This document shows positions 39,773 to 53,435 of a stretch of 58,036 nucleotides of DNA, piece after piece. The notes under the pieces were generated by a model. That model was not told the origin of the DNA. It worked only from the letters and a program-made list of their open reading frames with translations, and did no database searches. Position 1 is the stretch's first letter. The number at the start of each line of letters is the position of its first letter. This DNA is from Gonapodya sp. JEL0774 (Eukaryota). The translations under genes were made by a program, and so were the position numbers. The stretch spans positions 1 to 58,036 of the forward strand of contig JADIIX010000140.1 in the NCBI GenBank assembly GCA_027604505.1, read 5' to 3'.

Positions 39773-42553
39773 ATGCGACTGACGCTCGATGACGTCGTTC
39801 GGCAGTACCCTACAGCGGATCACACCAAACTCGATGCCATCACGTTCCGTTCGCATTCACCCGCGAGGATCACCTCGGTCGGCGATTTGTCCGCGCTTTC
39901 GAATTTGCACAAGGTTGATTTAAGAGGGAACAACTTGTTTCTGGAAAAGAGGGACGGGTCGGCGTTGCAAGGGTTGAGCAAATGTGCGAACATTACCCTA
40001 CTCAATTTGGGCGGCAACGGTGGGCAGGGCGAAGCTGGAGAGGAGGACGGTGAAGGTGCCGGTGGGAAAGTGGCCGGAGGTGGACTCAAAGACGGCAAGA
40101 CCAAGGACAAGTCGAAGAAGAAGGAAAGGAAATTGAAAATGAACCCCTCCAAGGCAGGTGATGTCGCAGAGGATGGAGTTTCGTGTCCACCCTCATCCGG
40201 CGTGCTAACGGGGCTCGCTGGAAGTCTTCTCGGTGAGTCTCACCGTGTGTACAGGTGAAGGAGCTCGTTGGGGTGTGTGCGTCGTTGCTTGACTCTTTGG
40301 ACTGAGTGGCAAACTTTGAGCTTGAAAATCACCTCGCAACCTGGACTTTCGAGTTGGCAAAATGAATAGTAACTCGTTTTGGGAGATCCATGGGTTGCTG
40401 TGACGTAATTTGGAGGACGCAAGTCGACAAGGAAACACGCAATTCGTGCCTCTACAAGAGCTTTCAGCTGCTGTCTTTGGTAATTTAGAAACCCAAGTAC
40501 TTGCGTCCTCTGGACATATTTCCACATTCGTAAAACAAAATTCGCAGTGCCTACTCACCACTCACATTCCGCTCCTAAAAGTCATAAACCTCTCGTCCTG
40601 TCTTGTCAACCGCACTACCCCCCAGCTGTCCTCCTTCTCCAACCTGCGCGCCCTTATCCTCTCCCACAACAACCTCAGCGCCTCCTCGCTCAACCCCGCC
40701 GCATTCACCAATCTCTCGATGTTAAACACCTTGGTCCTGTCTCACAATAAACTGGGACCGGTGTTCCCCTCCGCCGTGCTAGCACCGTTAGTGGCACTGG
40801 AGAAGCTCGCGCTCAGTCACTGTGGGTTGGACGAGTTTCCGGATCTGACACTTCTCACAGAGGCCGTGCTCCAGCATAAGCGAGGCGTGCCAACCAAAGT
40901 AGAGGAGAAGGTGTGTGGTTCATGTGTGTGTATGCATGCGATGGAGTCGGAGCGAATCGGATCAGACCTTGCATTCGTCCTTTTTTGAATCTCATGAATG
41001 CTCTCATCGCTCTTTCCTATTCCCCCATGTCCGCACCTCCCCCTCCATGGCACTGCTTGGAATTCTGACGCGGAGCCCACTCGCCCTGGCCGTCCCACAC
41101 GCCCCGTCAAGTTCAAACCTGGCTTACCCTCCACCACCACCACCTCTCCATCCACGACACAGTCACTCGAACCTACACTTCCCATCCTTCCCACACTACG
41201 CGAACTCCGTCTCGCAGACAACCCGGGCATAACGAGTGTACCGAAGGAGGCAGCGGTGTGGTTGGGGAGTGGGGAGATATTGGACATAGGGGGAACGGGA
41301 ATCACGTCGCTCGAGTGGGTGTCGTCTTGTTGAAATCTAGAACGGCGGTGTTTGTCTCACACTCGTCCCAACACGGCTAATTCGGCCACACATCTGTTGT
41401 CTTCTGTTTGCTCTGCAATGTCAGCCAAATCGTCCCACTCGCCATGACTCCGATACACAATCTTACTCTACATCGAACACCAGCCAGCCAGACACCAGAT
41501 TACACGGAAACCGTGTTGCGTATGTTCAGCAAAGCCATCGTCGATTCGGGCGACGAGGATGCAAGTGGAAAGGAAGCAAGAACAGCCGATTCTGGGGATG
41601 AAAACGCGGAGGCAAAAGGTCCGAACGGAATGCGACGGGGCAGGGGAGCTGGGGGATTGAGGGTCTTTGATGGCAAGCGCGTCGACGAGCGTTACGGACA
41701 GAGGAAGAAGAAGAGGGAAGGGATGGAGCAGAGGCGATTGGGAAAGGAGACGAAATCGAGTAAGCGAGAGAGCGAGGGTCGGGTCGGTGAAGAGGAGGGA
41801 CTGGGAGCCGGCAGAAAGTTGTTCAGGGGATTGGGGCCGAGGCCAGTGGAGGTATTGGAGAAGGTGCTGGAGAGGACACTTGAAAGTGGGGACAAGAGAC
41901 GGAAGGGAAACTGGGAGAAGGAGACGGGGAAGCGGAAAAGTAAATTCGGTGAGGAGGAGGAATATGGACAGGATGGTGGCGCGAAGAAGCGGAAGCGCGA
42001 AGGCAGTCACAAGGTAGAGGACGGTAGTGAATCGGCAGTGGTTCAACCGCGGTCGATGGCGGGGGTGAAAGTGGACAACACCGACAAGCCAGACAAACCC
42101 AGCAAAACAGGTTCCTCCACGGGACCATCAATCAATGCAATGCTGAAACTCACGCCTGCAACCACGCCATCTATTACCGCACAATCACACGGGCAGCCAG
42201 ACCCTTCAATCATGAATGACCCTTCGCCCTTCGCCGCAGCGTTACTCGCCAAGAAATCCGGCGCTGGGAAAAAGGCAGGAGGGCCTTCATCGGAGGATAA
42301 GCAGAGTGCGAAAGACATGAGACTTGATTCTGGTGTTGTGGCTATCATCGATGTCCGCGGGAGTGCTGAAAAGGGTGCGAAGGCTGGCAAGGGTAAGACG
42401 GCACACAAAGCCCGTGCAGCTGCAAGTGAGGCTGGTGCACCGAAGCCGTCACACGGCGCCACGGCTCCGATAGCTGTGGCTATGGATGTGGACTTGGAAA
42501 AAGCATTTGGTGCAGAGGGAGGTGATGAACTTTTTGTTGGAGGATGGGACTGA
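39773..42553 (+). CDS. Leucine-rich repeat protein with Lys-rich tail
   Basis: LxxLxLxxNxL repeats (LHKVDLRGNNL, LRALILSHNNL, LNTLVLSHNKL, LRELRLADNP), an LRR-cap-like segment and a basic C-terminus. Confidence 0.85.
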
Positions 42554-42647
42554 AGCTCTAAGCTGGAACATTCCGGTCGCTACATGCATTTCAATACTGC
42601 TCATTGGGACAATATGAGAGAGATTTAGAAGGGGGAGGAGCAGGTCA

Positions 42648-44461
42648 TTACAATTCTACTCTATGGATTTTTTCGCCCGCTAAACCATCCTCAATCATCA
42701 GTTTTATAAGATCGTATCCAACCTCAGCTGCAGCAAGTGTGGTTTGCTCGGCTTGAGTGCTGATGTTAATGTACTATCAGCAAAATACATCAACGACAGT
42801 GAAAATTGACGAGACTCACTCAAAAGGGGGTGACACTTCCACCACATCGGCACCGATTACCCTCAGGCGACCCCTCAGTCCACGTAAGATGGCTCTGACT
42901 TCTCGAGTTGACCAACCCCCCACCTCAGGAGTGCCGGTTGCTGTTGATCCAGTAGTTACATTTGTACGGCAATTGAAAAACAAAAAAGAACATTTCACCA
43001 TTCACCTGGGGCAAACGCGGGATCCAAAACATCGATATCCAAAGAAATGTAGACCAAGGGAGGTTCACCTCCGACTTTTCCTCCCGCTACCACCTCAACT
43101 ATCCTGTCTATTATACCCCGCACTCCGAGTTCGTCTATATCAGGAGCATGGATTCGCTTGAATCCAACCGCATCATCCGTCGCATAGTCGCCCATATCAA
43201 CGAGCTTGCCGCGGAGACCAACATGTAAGTTCCGCCCATCAGCGGGGATAAGGCCCTCATTGACTGCGTGCCAAAGGGGAGTACCGTGATTCAACCCGAG
43301 CATCGCCGAGCTAGAAACAGATGGGTAGGGGCTGCTGTCAGAGCCTTTGGGGTCATCGGCAGTCTCCGAGCCACCCAGTGCCGCTGGTTCCCATGTGTCT
43401 GACAGTGAATTCCGTGTATTTTAGCAAGACCGACAATTTTCTGAAAGAAGCGAAAATTTCTTCTAGCCCACCGATATGACTGTCAAAGTGGATCACTATT
43501 TTCTGCATGGATTAATGGGTGTTCTCATCGACACCAAGCCGGATGAACACATACCATGAAATGTCTTGCCATATACTTTATTGAGAACTCTCAAAATCGG
43601 AAGCACAATCGTGTGGTCACCGCCTAGTGTCAGGACCCGCGGATGACCCTTGCGGTGATTCGTTGAAACATGACGTCAGCCCTCGCACAGACATATTTCA
43701 TGGCAAACACCGTACTTTGCTCCATGTGGGATTCGAGTCCGGATCCGCTGATTTCCGGGAAGCAATCTCTGACAGATATGCCCCCATTTGCTCGACTGCA
43801 ACTCTATTGTCGGAGTACGCCGTAGGTATGTCCCCACAATCTACAATGGTAGCCCAGTTACTCAGTGGGTTGTCACTGATTATGGGGTCAAAAGCCTGGT
43901 TGGAAAATAGAATTTTGATGAAGGAGAACGAGAGGTGGAAACAAAGCAGGCTCACAAAGACTGGAGACAATCGCATGCTTGCAGAGCGAATACCACGAGG
44001 ACCAAACCGTGCACCGGGACGGTAGGTGACGGAAGTATCTGGCGTTTCAATGAATTGAGACATGAGTAAGAACTGGGGAGCCCCTACCCGATCTCACCGA
44101 ATGGAATTCCAACCACTGCGATATCAAACTTGGGATACAGAAGATTTTCGATCACGTTCGCTGCGTCCGCTCTCACGTCCTTGATTCCCACAATCGTTTG
44201 ACGCTGAGAGGCGGCCGTCCTTCCAAGTTCGATTAACGATTCTGCAGCCGCGTCTTCGGCCAGGGACTTGAAGCAAGATGCAACATAGGGCAAATGTGCA
44301 AAGGTGGCAACGCCAGAGAATGGTTTTGTTGGTTGTTCGAACACGGAGTACAGGGGGTGCGTGGGATCACGTGTTGCACCGACAGGAAGTGAGTTTGCGG
44401 GAGTCGCAACGAGAGCCCCCAAAGCTAGCGAGGCAACCAAAATATAGAACGATCTTGGCAT
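42648..44461 (-). CDS. Agmatinase/guanidinobutyrase-type ureohydrolase (arginase family) with signal peptide
   Basis: [57 protein letters not shown] and GADVVEVSP. Ends in RVEL then stop. Confidence 0.95.
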
Positions 44462-44906
44462 CTTTGCTGGGACTGGTTCTCCAGCGTCTGGTTAATCGAG
44501 CTCGACCCATTGATCGGGAAAACATAGGAACCTTCGGCGGGCCGTAACATGCATGTAATGCAGCAGCGCCGGACCGATCGCTGATATATAACTTCACAGG
44601 GAAGGTCCAATTTCAGCGGAAATCAACGGCGTCGCTCCTTTCAAAGTCGCAAGAGTCGCAAGGGTGCGACAATTTTGGCATGACAGGATCGTGTCCACAA
44701 ATACACCACAGGAGCTGACCCATTTCATACTTTGTAGCCTCGTAAATTGCATACAACCAATAGTGCACCTCGAATAGTGTATAATTCCAGGACACAACAG
44801 AAAGCATTGACTTTTGTCAGCCCCAGAGCATTCGGTAACCTCGCCTTTTTACTCTTTCTCCCTTTCAAGTTCACTTTCAACTCCAGCTGCCTGCTCAAAT
44901 TGCCTG

Positions 44907-45608
44907 TCAACCATTTTGGAGCTGCTTCAATTTGCTTGGAACAGGTGCAATTAGCCGGCGACAAAACGCCTTGTGATATTTCCGATGTCCCTTTGGGCAG
45001 GCCGCAGAACAATATCTCGCAGATCGACATCCGGAGCAGAGCTTCAAGATTGTAGGGTAACTTGGCCCGTGTCCGAACACGTCCATCTTTTTCGCCAGAG
45101 CACAAGAAAGGTACGTGCATCGATCCGCTTCAAAGCGGTACATTGTCGAATCCCTGTTAATAAAACTATCATGGAAGCCGTCCTCACAGTCCGTGAATCC
45201 CGTAACCCCGACACGGGAATCCCCTAGTTGGTGGGTCTCGTCGGGAAGAGGGAATCGAGCAGTTCCCAGCTCCTCGAAGAAGCTCGCATGGTGGGGAGAA
45301 AATAGCTCAGTACGAATCGCGAAACGGGAAGGGGGGTGCGCGGCAGTGAGGAGGAGGTCAAGAATGCCCCAGCAATCACTGGCGCATCGAACCACCAAAT
45401 CGTAATTCTGTGTTCGCACATAGTGCAACACTAAATCCATAATGTCCGACAAGTTCTGTGGGGTGATGCTCCGAGCTAAAGCGGCCACCAAGTCCCGGTG
45501 TGCTTGGTGAAGTGGCTTTGGATGACGAAAGTGAAACCAAATTGCATAAAATCGGCATCGTTTCTCATGAGCTCGTTTGTAGTTAACATCAGTGGGGCAT
45601 CGGCTCAA
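44907..45608 (-). pseudogene. MYND zinc-finger protein, probably truncated or degenerate
   Basis: LKLCSGCRSARYCSAACPKGHRKYHKAFC is a MYND finger, but the consensus Q and W are replaced by P and R. No ATG at the ORF start, and the 5' end abuts the divergent gene at 45697. Confidence 0.55.
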
Positions 45609-45696
45609 TAAATATCCGCGGATGCAAGTTGGCTGTGTTGGCCCTGAGTGTCCAAGCTTGCAGCTCTGGTTGAATCAGTTCTCGCCTTTCCCCAGG

Positions 45697-48150
45697 ATGA
45701 TGGAGCCATCAGAGTCCCCGGAACATCCGCTCGCAACATCGCCTGAGCTTCGTGGATCAATCTCACCGCCACCATTCGTTGATGGAGCATCGGCGACTGC
45801 ACAGACACACAACAGCGGCCCTCAATTCATCAAACTGATCGGGGCACCACCTCCAAACAAACCCGAACCGTTCGCAGTACCTTCGCCCTCACGAATAATT
45901 GTGGAGCCTGTCGTGGATGTCTTGGACGCAGGGTCCGACGAACCTTTCACGTTGGAGCCGTTCTTGTCCCTTATAAAGGCACACGCTTTGGCGGGCAAAG
46001 AGTTCGTCTTGGCCCGCGTCAACACCGTGGATCCTTCGAATGAATCACGTTCTTACTACTCATATTACTCCGCACATTTCATCAACAAGGTGCTGTTTAG
46101 AACACAGCCGGAAGCAGGACTGTTACATAGAATGAGGGCACGAAACGTGAGTTCATTTTTGGGGGGAGGCGGTGTTGAGGCTTTGTCCAAGAAAGAACAA
46201 ATGCTATTATTGCTGGCAAGTCGTGAGAGAAGTTCTGAAAGGTGGTCCGTGGTGCTCATTCTCAAAACCTTTCCCATCCACCCTCAAATCTGTGATCATC
46301 ATACGGACCACAGCCCTTGACCAACACTGTGATCGTCGGTGACGTTCATTATTTTTCCATAACACCCGAATCAGCTCTTGCGACTCTTTCCCTGACAAGG
46401 GACTCTCCCTCTCGAGACAAGCCACCTTCCCCGTCTCGACCAACACTCCACGACATTCTCAGAACCGCAACAGGCCGGTCTCCCACCAGCTTGCATCCAC
46501 CTCTGGGCCAGCAATCTCAAACGGATGAAACTGTGGAGCTACCACCCTCCCCACTGACTGATTCAAGCGCTTCGACGGGCTCACCATCGGGTTTCGGCAT
46601 CCACGACAATGCCCCGCGTGGTCGCGCTGACGGGCTCACAGCTATTTTCACTCACGGGAACTTTTCATACGACAATATCTCTGCCTACGTGCACGGATTC
46701 CTCCCCCTTCCCGCCAGTCCCTCCAACCCCCGTAGTCAAGGGAGACCCCCCAGTCCCGCTCGCTCACTGTTCACGTCTGGCTTCTCCTCATCATCATATC
46801 ATTCTCGACCCGGTAGTCCGGATTCATTTCGATCTACTGACACCCGAGTTGCTCGCGTCAGATTCACACTCAAGCCTTCGTTCCAGCTTGCTACAGCCAA
46901 GGAGTCGGCTCGGATGGCAAAAATGGCGAACGGAGAGTTCGAGCTGAATAAAATTGACCTCGGCTGGCGAAGAATGAATCCTGACGGAACGTCAATGAGC
47001 GACGATGTGCACCGTGCAGCACCAGACGTGGCACATCGCTACCCACAACACACCTTGGCGAGGCGAAATCTCTACTCACACTCGTTCGCAAACTCGCCGG
47101 CGGCGGCTACGTCCCCAGGCGAGTGGATGAGAACGGAAGGCCGTGATCTTCTCAGAGAGACGATGGTGGGGAATGAAACGGGGGCACATTCGCGGCCAAC
47201 GTCTGGTGTGATCAAGCGCGCTCCCCGTAAGGCGTCGGGTGTGGGAACTCTGCCACCCCCCGTACTAATAGTCAATGAGCAAGACAAGGCACCTCGTATG
47301 CCAAAGTCCAAACTCTCTGACAATGCTCTTTCTGCCACTGCCAATTCGTCTTCAAACGACCAAGCTTCCCCGGTGACATTCAACCTCCTCTTCCACTCGA
47401 CGGACGACGATTTTCTCATGCACGCCTCTATTCGCGCATACTTCAAGGCCAACGCGCTCGACCCCAACGACGCGGTATTGTTCACTTTGAACTCGACAAC
47501 ATCACGTCCCACGTCCGAAGCCGGCGACCAGGGCACAGACCACCCGCTTTTGGATGGGATTCAAGTGTATGAGTTTGAAGATGGGGACTATTTGGGGGGT
47601 GGGCCTATACCGGTCCCCGAACCGGACTTTGGATCAGGCCTACGGGGTTTGATCAGGAAGAGCTTGTGGAAATTTCAAAAGCTCAGCACCGGGGTCAAGT
47701 TCCTCATGTTCATATACTTCCCTCTTGGGTTTTTGTTGGTGAAACTGTGTAGGTGACACTTTTGATGAGGCATTTCCATTGATTCTCGACGCACTTCTAA
47801 CTGTCTGTTGTCCCGTTTGTCCGTTCTCCGCCCCCACGACTTCAGTTGTCCCGGATGCTATTTTCTACATTGTTGGTGAGTATGCGGGCTCCAGTTTCAT
47901 ACTGGAATCGCCCGATTAAACGATCGCTATTTGCTCTTTTCAGCATTCTTTGTCGTAGTAACCATGGTGACCTTGGCTATAATCTGCGCGATGTGACGAA
48001 GAACCTGAGAGTATCGTTGTACGTGTATCTCGGATCACTCGCAGGAGCACTAATGAATTTCATCGCACTGAATAATTGTGAACGTGATCTTCCGTGCTCT
48101 GCTATATGTTCGCCTTTGATGATCCACAGACTGCACAAGTCCCCGTGTTC
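45697..48150 (+). CDS. Conserved hypothetical protein (DUF5092-like) with C-terminal TM helices
   Basis: EPFTLEPF...FVLARVNTVDP...YYSYYSAHFINKVLFRTQPEAGLLHRMRARN-PLTN..VGDVHYF resembles a family I recall from microsporidia and early fungi. 3' end approximate. Confidence 0.7.
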
Positions 48151-48426
48151 CTAAGCCCACAAAGAAGAATTGAGATTCCGGTACGTCGATCGACTTTACA
48201 AATCTAGAGGACCTCTACTTGGGTGACTCTACATAAGACCACGGGCCGTTTTTACATAAAACACCAATGCGGGTTCAGAATACTGTCCAGTTATGCATGG
48301 TTCACCCACAACATGTCCGTATTTAGTTGGTAGGAGAATTAGTTGAAAGTTCCTCGGGAATCTGGACGCAGCAGTTGATATGAATCACACACGACCTGCA
48401 CAATGTAAATGCCCACTCCTCCACAA

Positions 48427-50316
48427 TCACACCCGACTTACCTCTTCACCCTTATTGAGTCCTTTCCACCCCATCTGACCACCTCTATTCAGTCTCTTCA
48501 CCCTGCTTCTCAAGCCCACTGATGGGTCGAACAAAAACCAGAGCAGCATGCCCGGCCAGGACGTTACTTTGGGCAACGGCTCGTAGAATTCAGGTGCAAT
48601 CTTTCGGAGCTTTGGGAGATTGCTCCAGGGGACGGAAGGAAAATCGTGGTGTTCAACGTGGAGGCCGACGTTCCAAGCGAAACTGAATTGAGGAGGGACG
48701 ATATAATTCAATCGTGAGGGTCACTGAACGTTAGTTCGAAACATAGGGGAATGACACCTAGACCGTCGTTTCAACGTACAAGTTCCACATCCCATAGTAT
48801 GAATATGTCTCCGTGATGGCCTCTTTGTCCGTAACAAAGTGTTCGGCGATGAAGTGTCCAGCCATCGGGTGCAAGCTCGCACCCAAGAACACGCTCAGAA
48901 GAAGGTATAGAATGGCTGGCCAACCCCAGGCTCGCCAGACAAGGGCCATGGAGGCAGCCTGGAACACAACGGACGACAGGTACCAGTTCATGGGAGTGCG
49001 GTAGGAGATGGGGTTGGCTGCGATGAGAGGGCGGAATGCTGCGCAACCGACATCAAGCAGAGTGCGTGGCAAGTAGACGAATGATTAAAATATTAAACAG
49101 AACCCACACAGCCTAATTAACACAAATGTGGACTCACCGTAGAAGAAAATCTGAAATGTGAGGAAAAACAGCTTCCCGAAAAAGTTATCAAGCAACCATG
49201 CCTCCAGCTCAGTTGGTATATCCCCATCAATACCATCGACACCTTGGAACCGGTGGTGGTCCATGTGAAATTTCTGCGATGAAAATGATTGGAGTTTGTG
49301 AATTACGGACAATGGAGGAATCAGTCGGCAGCGAGAGTTCGGTGAGGATGGCAAATAACTTAGAACAGCAACATGGGTTGCCAAATCCTGAGAAGAGACT
49401 CCATTTGAGGAGTGAGAGGTCGAATGCAGATATGCGGCTCCTAATGAAATTGCCTGCTCCATCTGCAGCCAACACTGTTGTTTGTCTTCAAGGGATTGCC
49501 ACAGCTTCGATACGTTGGCGCTTTCTAGGCACCAGTACCAACCTTGAACTCTACGCAGAAAGGAAATACTATGGGAATGTTTGCAAGCATCGCCAATGCT
49601 TTGTTCATGTTCGGGGACTTGAAAGCAAGGAAGTGCGTGACCTCGTGAACTGCTAAAAGGAGCGAACCCGAAGCAATTCCTCCAACGACGTAGGTCAGTG
49701 CCCAAAATCGCGAAGACCAGAGGAATCCAGGGGTTATGGAGACATAACGAGCGAAGTATAGTTGAATGGCGACAAGGATGACAATGATAATGGCAGAGGA
49801 AGGCTCAGGTCGCATAAGGGATTTGATTTCGGGGTATCTTTGGGTGCCCGGGAAAGGTTGATAGCAGGATGCGACCGATGCGTCCAACGGTTGGTAAAGT
49901 GAGGTAAAGTGAGTCATGGTGAAGTGGAATTGAATCGTGACTTTGACGCCGACATACGACCGTGAAACGCTCCGTATAACCGAGACTCGCGGTTCTTGAG
50001 CGCAGCACAGTTCAGCGCGGTAAACTCACTTTTTGAGCATGGCTGTTCTCCTCGCTGCATGCGGTTCAGGGTACCCAACCCATATGAAATCGCGCAACCG
50101 TCCGTCAACATTTATGTGAATGGGATTCTCATCACGATTTGTATCGTCTTTTGATTCGCAGACTTCAGCTGCATGAGCTATGGTGTCGGCGAGCCGGTTC
50201 GATGCTCGAACATCCTTGCGTTCGAGTTTTTTGCCATTCGCGGATTCAGCGCCTGCAAGCGGCGAATTGCGCTTATGGATGTCAGAATCTCGCGAAGCGA
50301 GCACGGATGCTGACAT
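48427..50316 (-). CDS. DES1: Sphingolipid delta-4 desaturase
   Basis: DFIW...EPHAARR..MLKKYPEIK N-terminus, His boxes HEVTH, HMDHH and HVEHHDFP, and HPMAGHFIAEH. Confidence 0.96.
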
Positions 50317-50614
50317 TCTCGAAGCAAAGGAAGATGTGCCTTTGTTTTGGTTTTGACAATTGGAGGCGCATCACATGCACACAGGCGGGGCTTGCAACAA
50401 ACTGAAGCAGATACATAATACTTGACTCCGATCACGTATAAATAATTCGGACGTATTACTCTTCAACTGAAATCTTGTCGATTGTTCAAATGTGCGTGTG
50501 TGAGATCCCCTACTTGGCCTTCATGTGAAACAAATACAGTTGGACCCAGGCGGCACAGTCTCGCGGCACGGTGATGACCGGGCAAAAGGTGACAACTCTA
50601 TGCGCACTAGCACG

Positions 50615-51706
50615 ATGAGTGTTTCCTCTTTCTACGGTAAGTTACACAAGTCCGTGGGCGATTGCAGATTTCCTGCAACTGTTTGAGAAATCAGTTTAGA
50701 CTCCATCGCCCCGCTGTATCAGTCAATCTACACCGATTGGCCAGCATCTGTTCGCGCACAGGCAAGATCAATCGATGCTCTGATTCGTGCACACTTCGCT
50801 TTCGCTGATGCTCTAGTGGAGCGAGAGAAAATTACAGTGCTCGACGCTGCGTGTGGGATTGGAACGCAGCTTCTTGGATTGGCTGAACTAGGGTACACCA
50901 TGCAAGGGTCTGACCTGTCACCCGGAGAAGTGGAGCGATGTAGAGTTGAAACTAAACGCTGGGGTGTTGAAGGGAGAATCAAATCTCTTGAAGCGCTAGA
51001 CATGAGACGTGTGCACAACGGTGACAAGGTTGACGTTCTTGTGGCATTGGACAACGCGGTCCCACATTTACTGGAACGCAATGTGAGTTTTTTTGCGGTT
51101 GAATTCACGTTTGTCACTTCACGCCAATTTGTGTATAAAGGATCTCCTCCAAGCGTTCCAAGCATTTCACACTCGACTGAAACCAGGTGGTCTCTGTCTC
51201 GTTTCTTTGCGTGACTACGAAAAAGAGGTGCCCACTGAGGAGCGAATAATCGGAAAGGAGGTTGGCAAAACTTAGTGAGTTAATTTGCTTCCGTTTTCAT
51301 CTTATTCCCCGCCCCCTTAATGAACACCAAACCTCCTTTCAGTGGATCCCGCAACCTCAACGGCACTCGCTTGGTCGTCTTTCAGCTCTGGGAGTTCGTT
51401 TCGAACCCCTCCCTCACTTCCAATGCCGTAGCTCCCCCCAAAGATGTACACCACGCCACCACATCCGACGTGTACCGCGTTTCTATGTATTTTGTGCAAG
51501 ATCCTCTCGGTTCACCTTCACCAAACTCCTCTTCTGGAGATTCGGTTGCAGAGGTCCTTCAAACCCGCGTATCGCGAACATACTATCGCGCTTATTCGAT
51601 CCCTGAAATTGAGCAAGTGATGCGCGAGGCAGGGTTTGAAGAGGTTGGCGTGAAGGCGGAAGGGGCCTTCTTTCAACCAGTGGTAGCCGGAGTGAAGAGG
51701 ATGTGA
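50615..51706 (+). CDS. Class I SAM-dependent methyltransferase, bacterial-type
   Basis: FYDSIAPLYQSIYTDW, motif I VLDAACGIGTQ, GSDLS, LDNAVPHLL and LKPGGL. Three introns. Confidence 0.9.
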
Positions 51707-51888
51707 GCCACTGCGCACCTCAAGGATAACCATCTGTTCTGAAATGTGTTAGTGTTTAAAATGGGTTGTCTCCAATAGCACGTTACTTTCTGCGCACGTG
51801 ATCGCACGTGATGAGGTTCGGGCTTTTGTTAATTAATTGTACATTGCAAATGGCCAATATGATCAGAATGCCCCAAACAGTAATCTCC

Positions 51889-53435
51889 TCAAAGTTGTGC
51901 AGACAAGACAGGTTTGTGGCCAGCGCTCTCCAAAAGAACTTTTCCATAGTCCCCTCTGTTGGGCAGTCGCGCCGTAGTGTGAATGTGGCAGCGGGCAGGG
52001 CTAGTGTTGGTGAGGAAGACTGAGGAGGAGCAAAGAATGAGCACATTCAGGGTGACCACACAGAGCTCGGTCCAACTCACTCCCGCAGTGGAAATCAAGC
52101 TCCAAGAAGGACACGGGACTGTGAATACGGTAGTAGTACGGGTCGTTATCCTTATGGGGACCAATCCATGCAAAGAACGTCTCGCCAAGATGTCTGCGGA
52201 AATCCTTCACGCGGTACTCGAGAACGCTGGCAGGGTAGTACTCATTAAAAGATTTGAAGATCTCCACGATGATTTCCTGTTTGTCAACCGGCATTTCGGT
52301 GACGCGCAAGCCCTCTGATGTTTGGGAGAAGTCGAAGCATTGTTAGTTACAACACATTCATTGGTGGAGCAAGAGAGCTGCCTCGAAACTAACCATATGG
52401 CACAATCCGATTATCCTCTCTGGCGCCCCCTAAATGTCGCTCATCAAACGGGTTCCAACGTCCAGGGGGTAAGTCCTTTCCGTCCATGGATTTGAAAAGG
52501 GTGGCTTTCTCCTGAAGCTCTGGCGACAGAGATTGCATGAGCTTGAGCGGCGCGATTTCCTGGAACTCGAACAGACGCAGTCCTTTGTGTGGGCCTTCGT
52601 CTATGACATCAGGTTCTGCCCCCATGAAACACGGACCAATGACCTGAAAGAGAGGGAAAGAACATGATAATCTTACTGATATGAGAGCACAAGTATGAAT
52701 TCTCACCATTTGGCGCCCCACAAAAATTACCGCAAGACAAAGATGGTGACCGAAAAATGTATAGCCCCAAGGTTTATTACGATCGTCGCCATAGGAGGAG
52801 GGGTCCGAGGAGACACCAAAGAGGCGGAAGTTGTACGAGTGCTCATTTAAGACGGCCCGCCCATTCACCAGGTGACCGAGAAAGCCGTTGGTGAGACAGC
52901 ACGCCCATGTCTTCTCGTAACCTTGGGGACTCAAGCTGGCGCGCAGGACGTCGTGTACGGCATTCTGGACCTCCACTGGCTGTTCATCCATGCGAAGTCC
53001 ACCCGGGTTGATATAGAGCTCCGGGTTCGACCATAATCGAAAAGCGTCACCGGCAACGTTCCCAGCGTACACTGCCTCTCTATTCTCCGGAGTCAACGCC
53101 GAAAGAAGCGCAACGACTTTTTCTCCCGACTGGACAGATGGGGCGCCTTCGTCGAGGTTGGATAGATCGTAGACATTGGGGCGAACCACACCGTCCGAGG
53201 TGAATCCCTGGTATGGAGTCAAGTTCTTGGCGTCCAAACGGTCGATGAGCCACTTGACGGCCGCGATCTCCTTTCGGCTCTCTACCCAAGACAAAGCGGT
53301 GTGGTTACAGATGCCCAGAATCCGGGGATGATCGGGAGAAGGAATGAGGTCTCTGAATGGAACCTCAACATTGGTGCGAATACGTGTGGGATCACCAATT
53401 GCGTTGAGGCCCGAATTCAGAGGAACGTGCGCCAT
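51889..53435 (-). CDS. DUF3500 domain protein
   Basis: WSNPE..GGLR, WGYTFFGHHLCL, PCFMGAEP, FAWIG..YYYRIHSP..ELDFH and HIHT..RLPNRGDYG. Ends in AQL then stop. Confidence 0.88.

Noticed and set aside
40233..40581. Longer introns (LRR gene; also DES1 ~49275-49540) as snoRNA hosts
   Set aside because: No convincing C/D or H/ACA box pairs with terminal stems were seen by eye.
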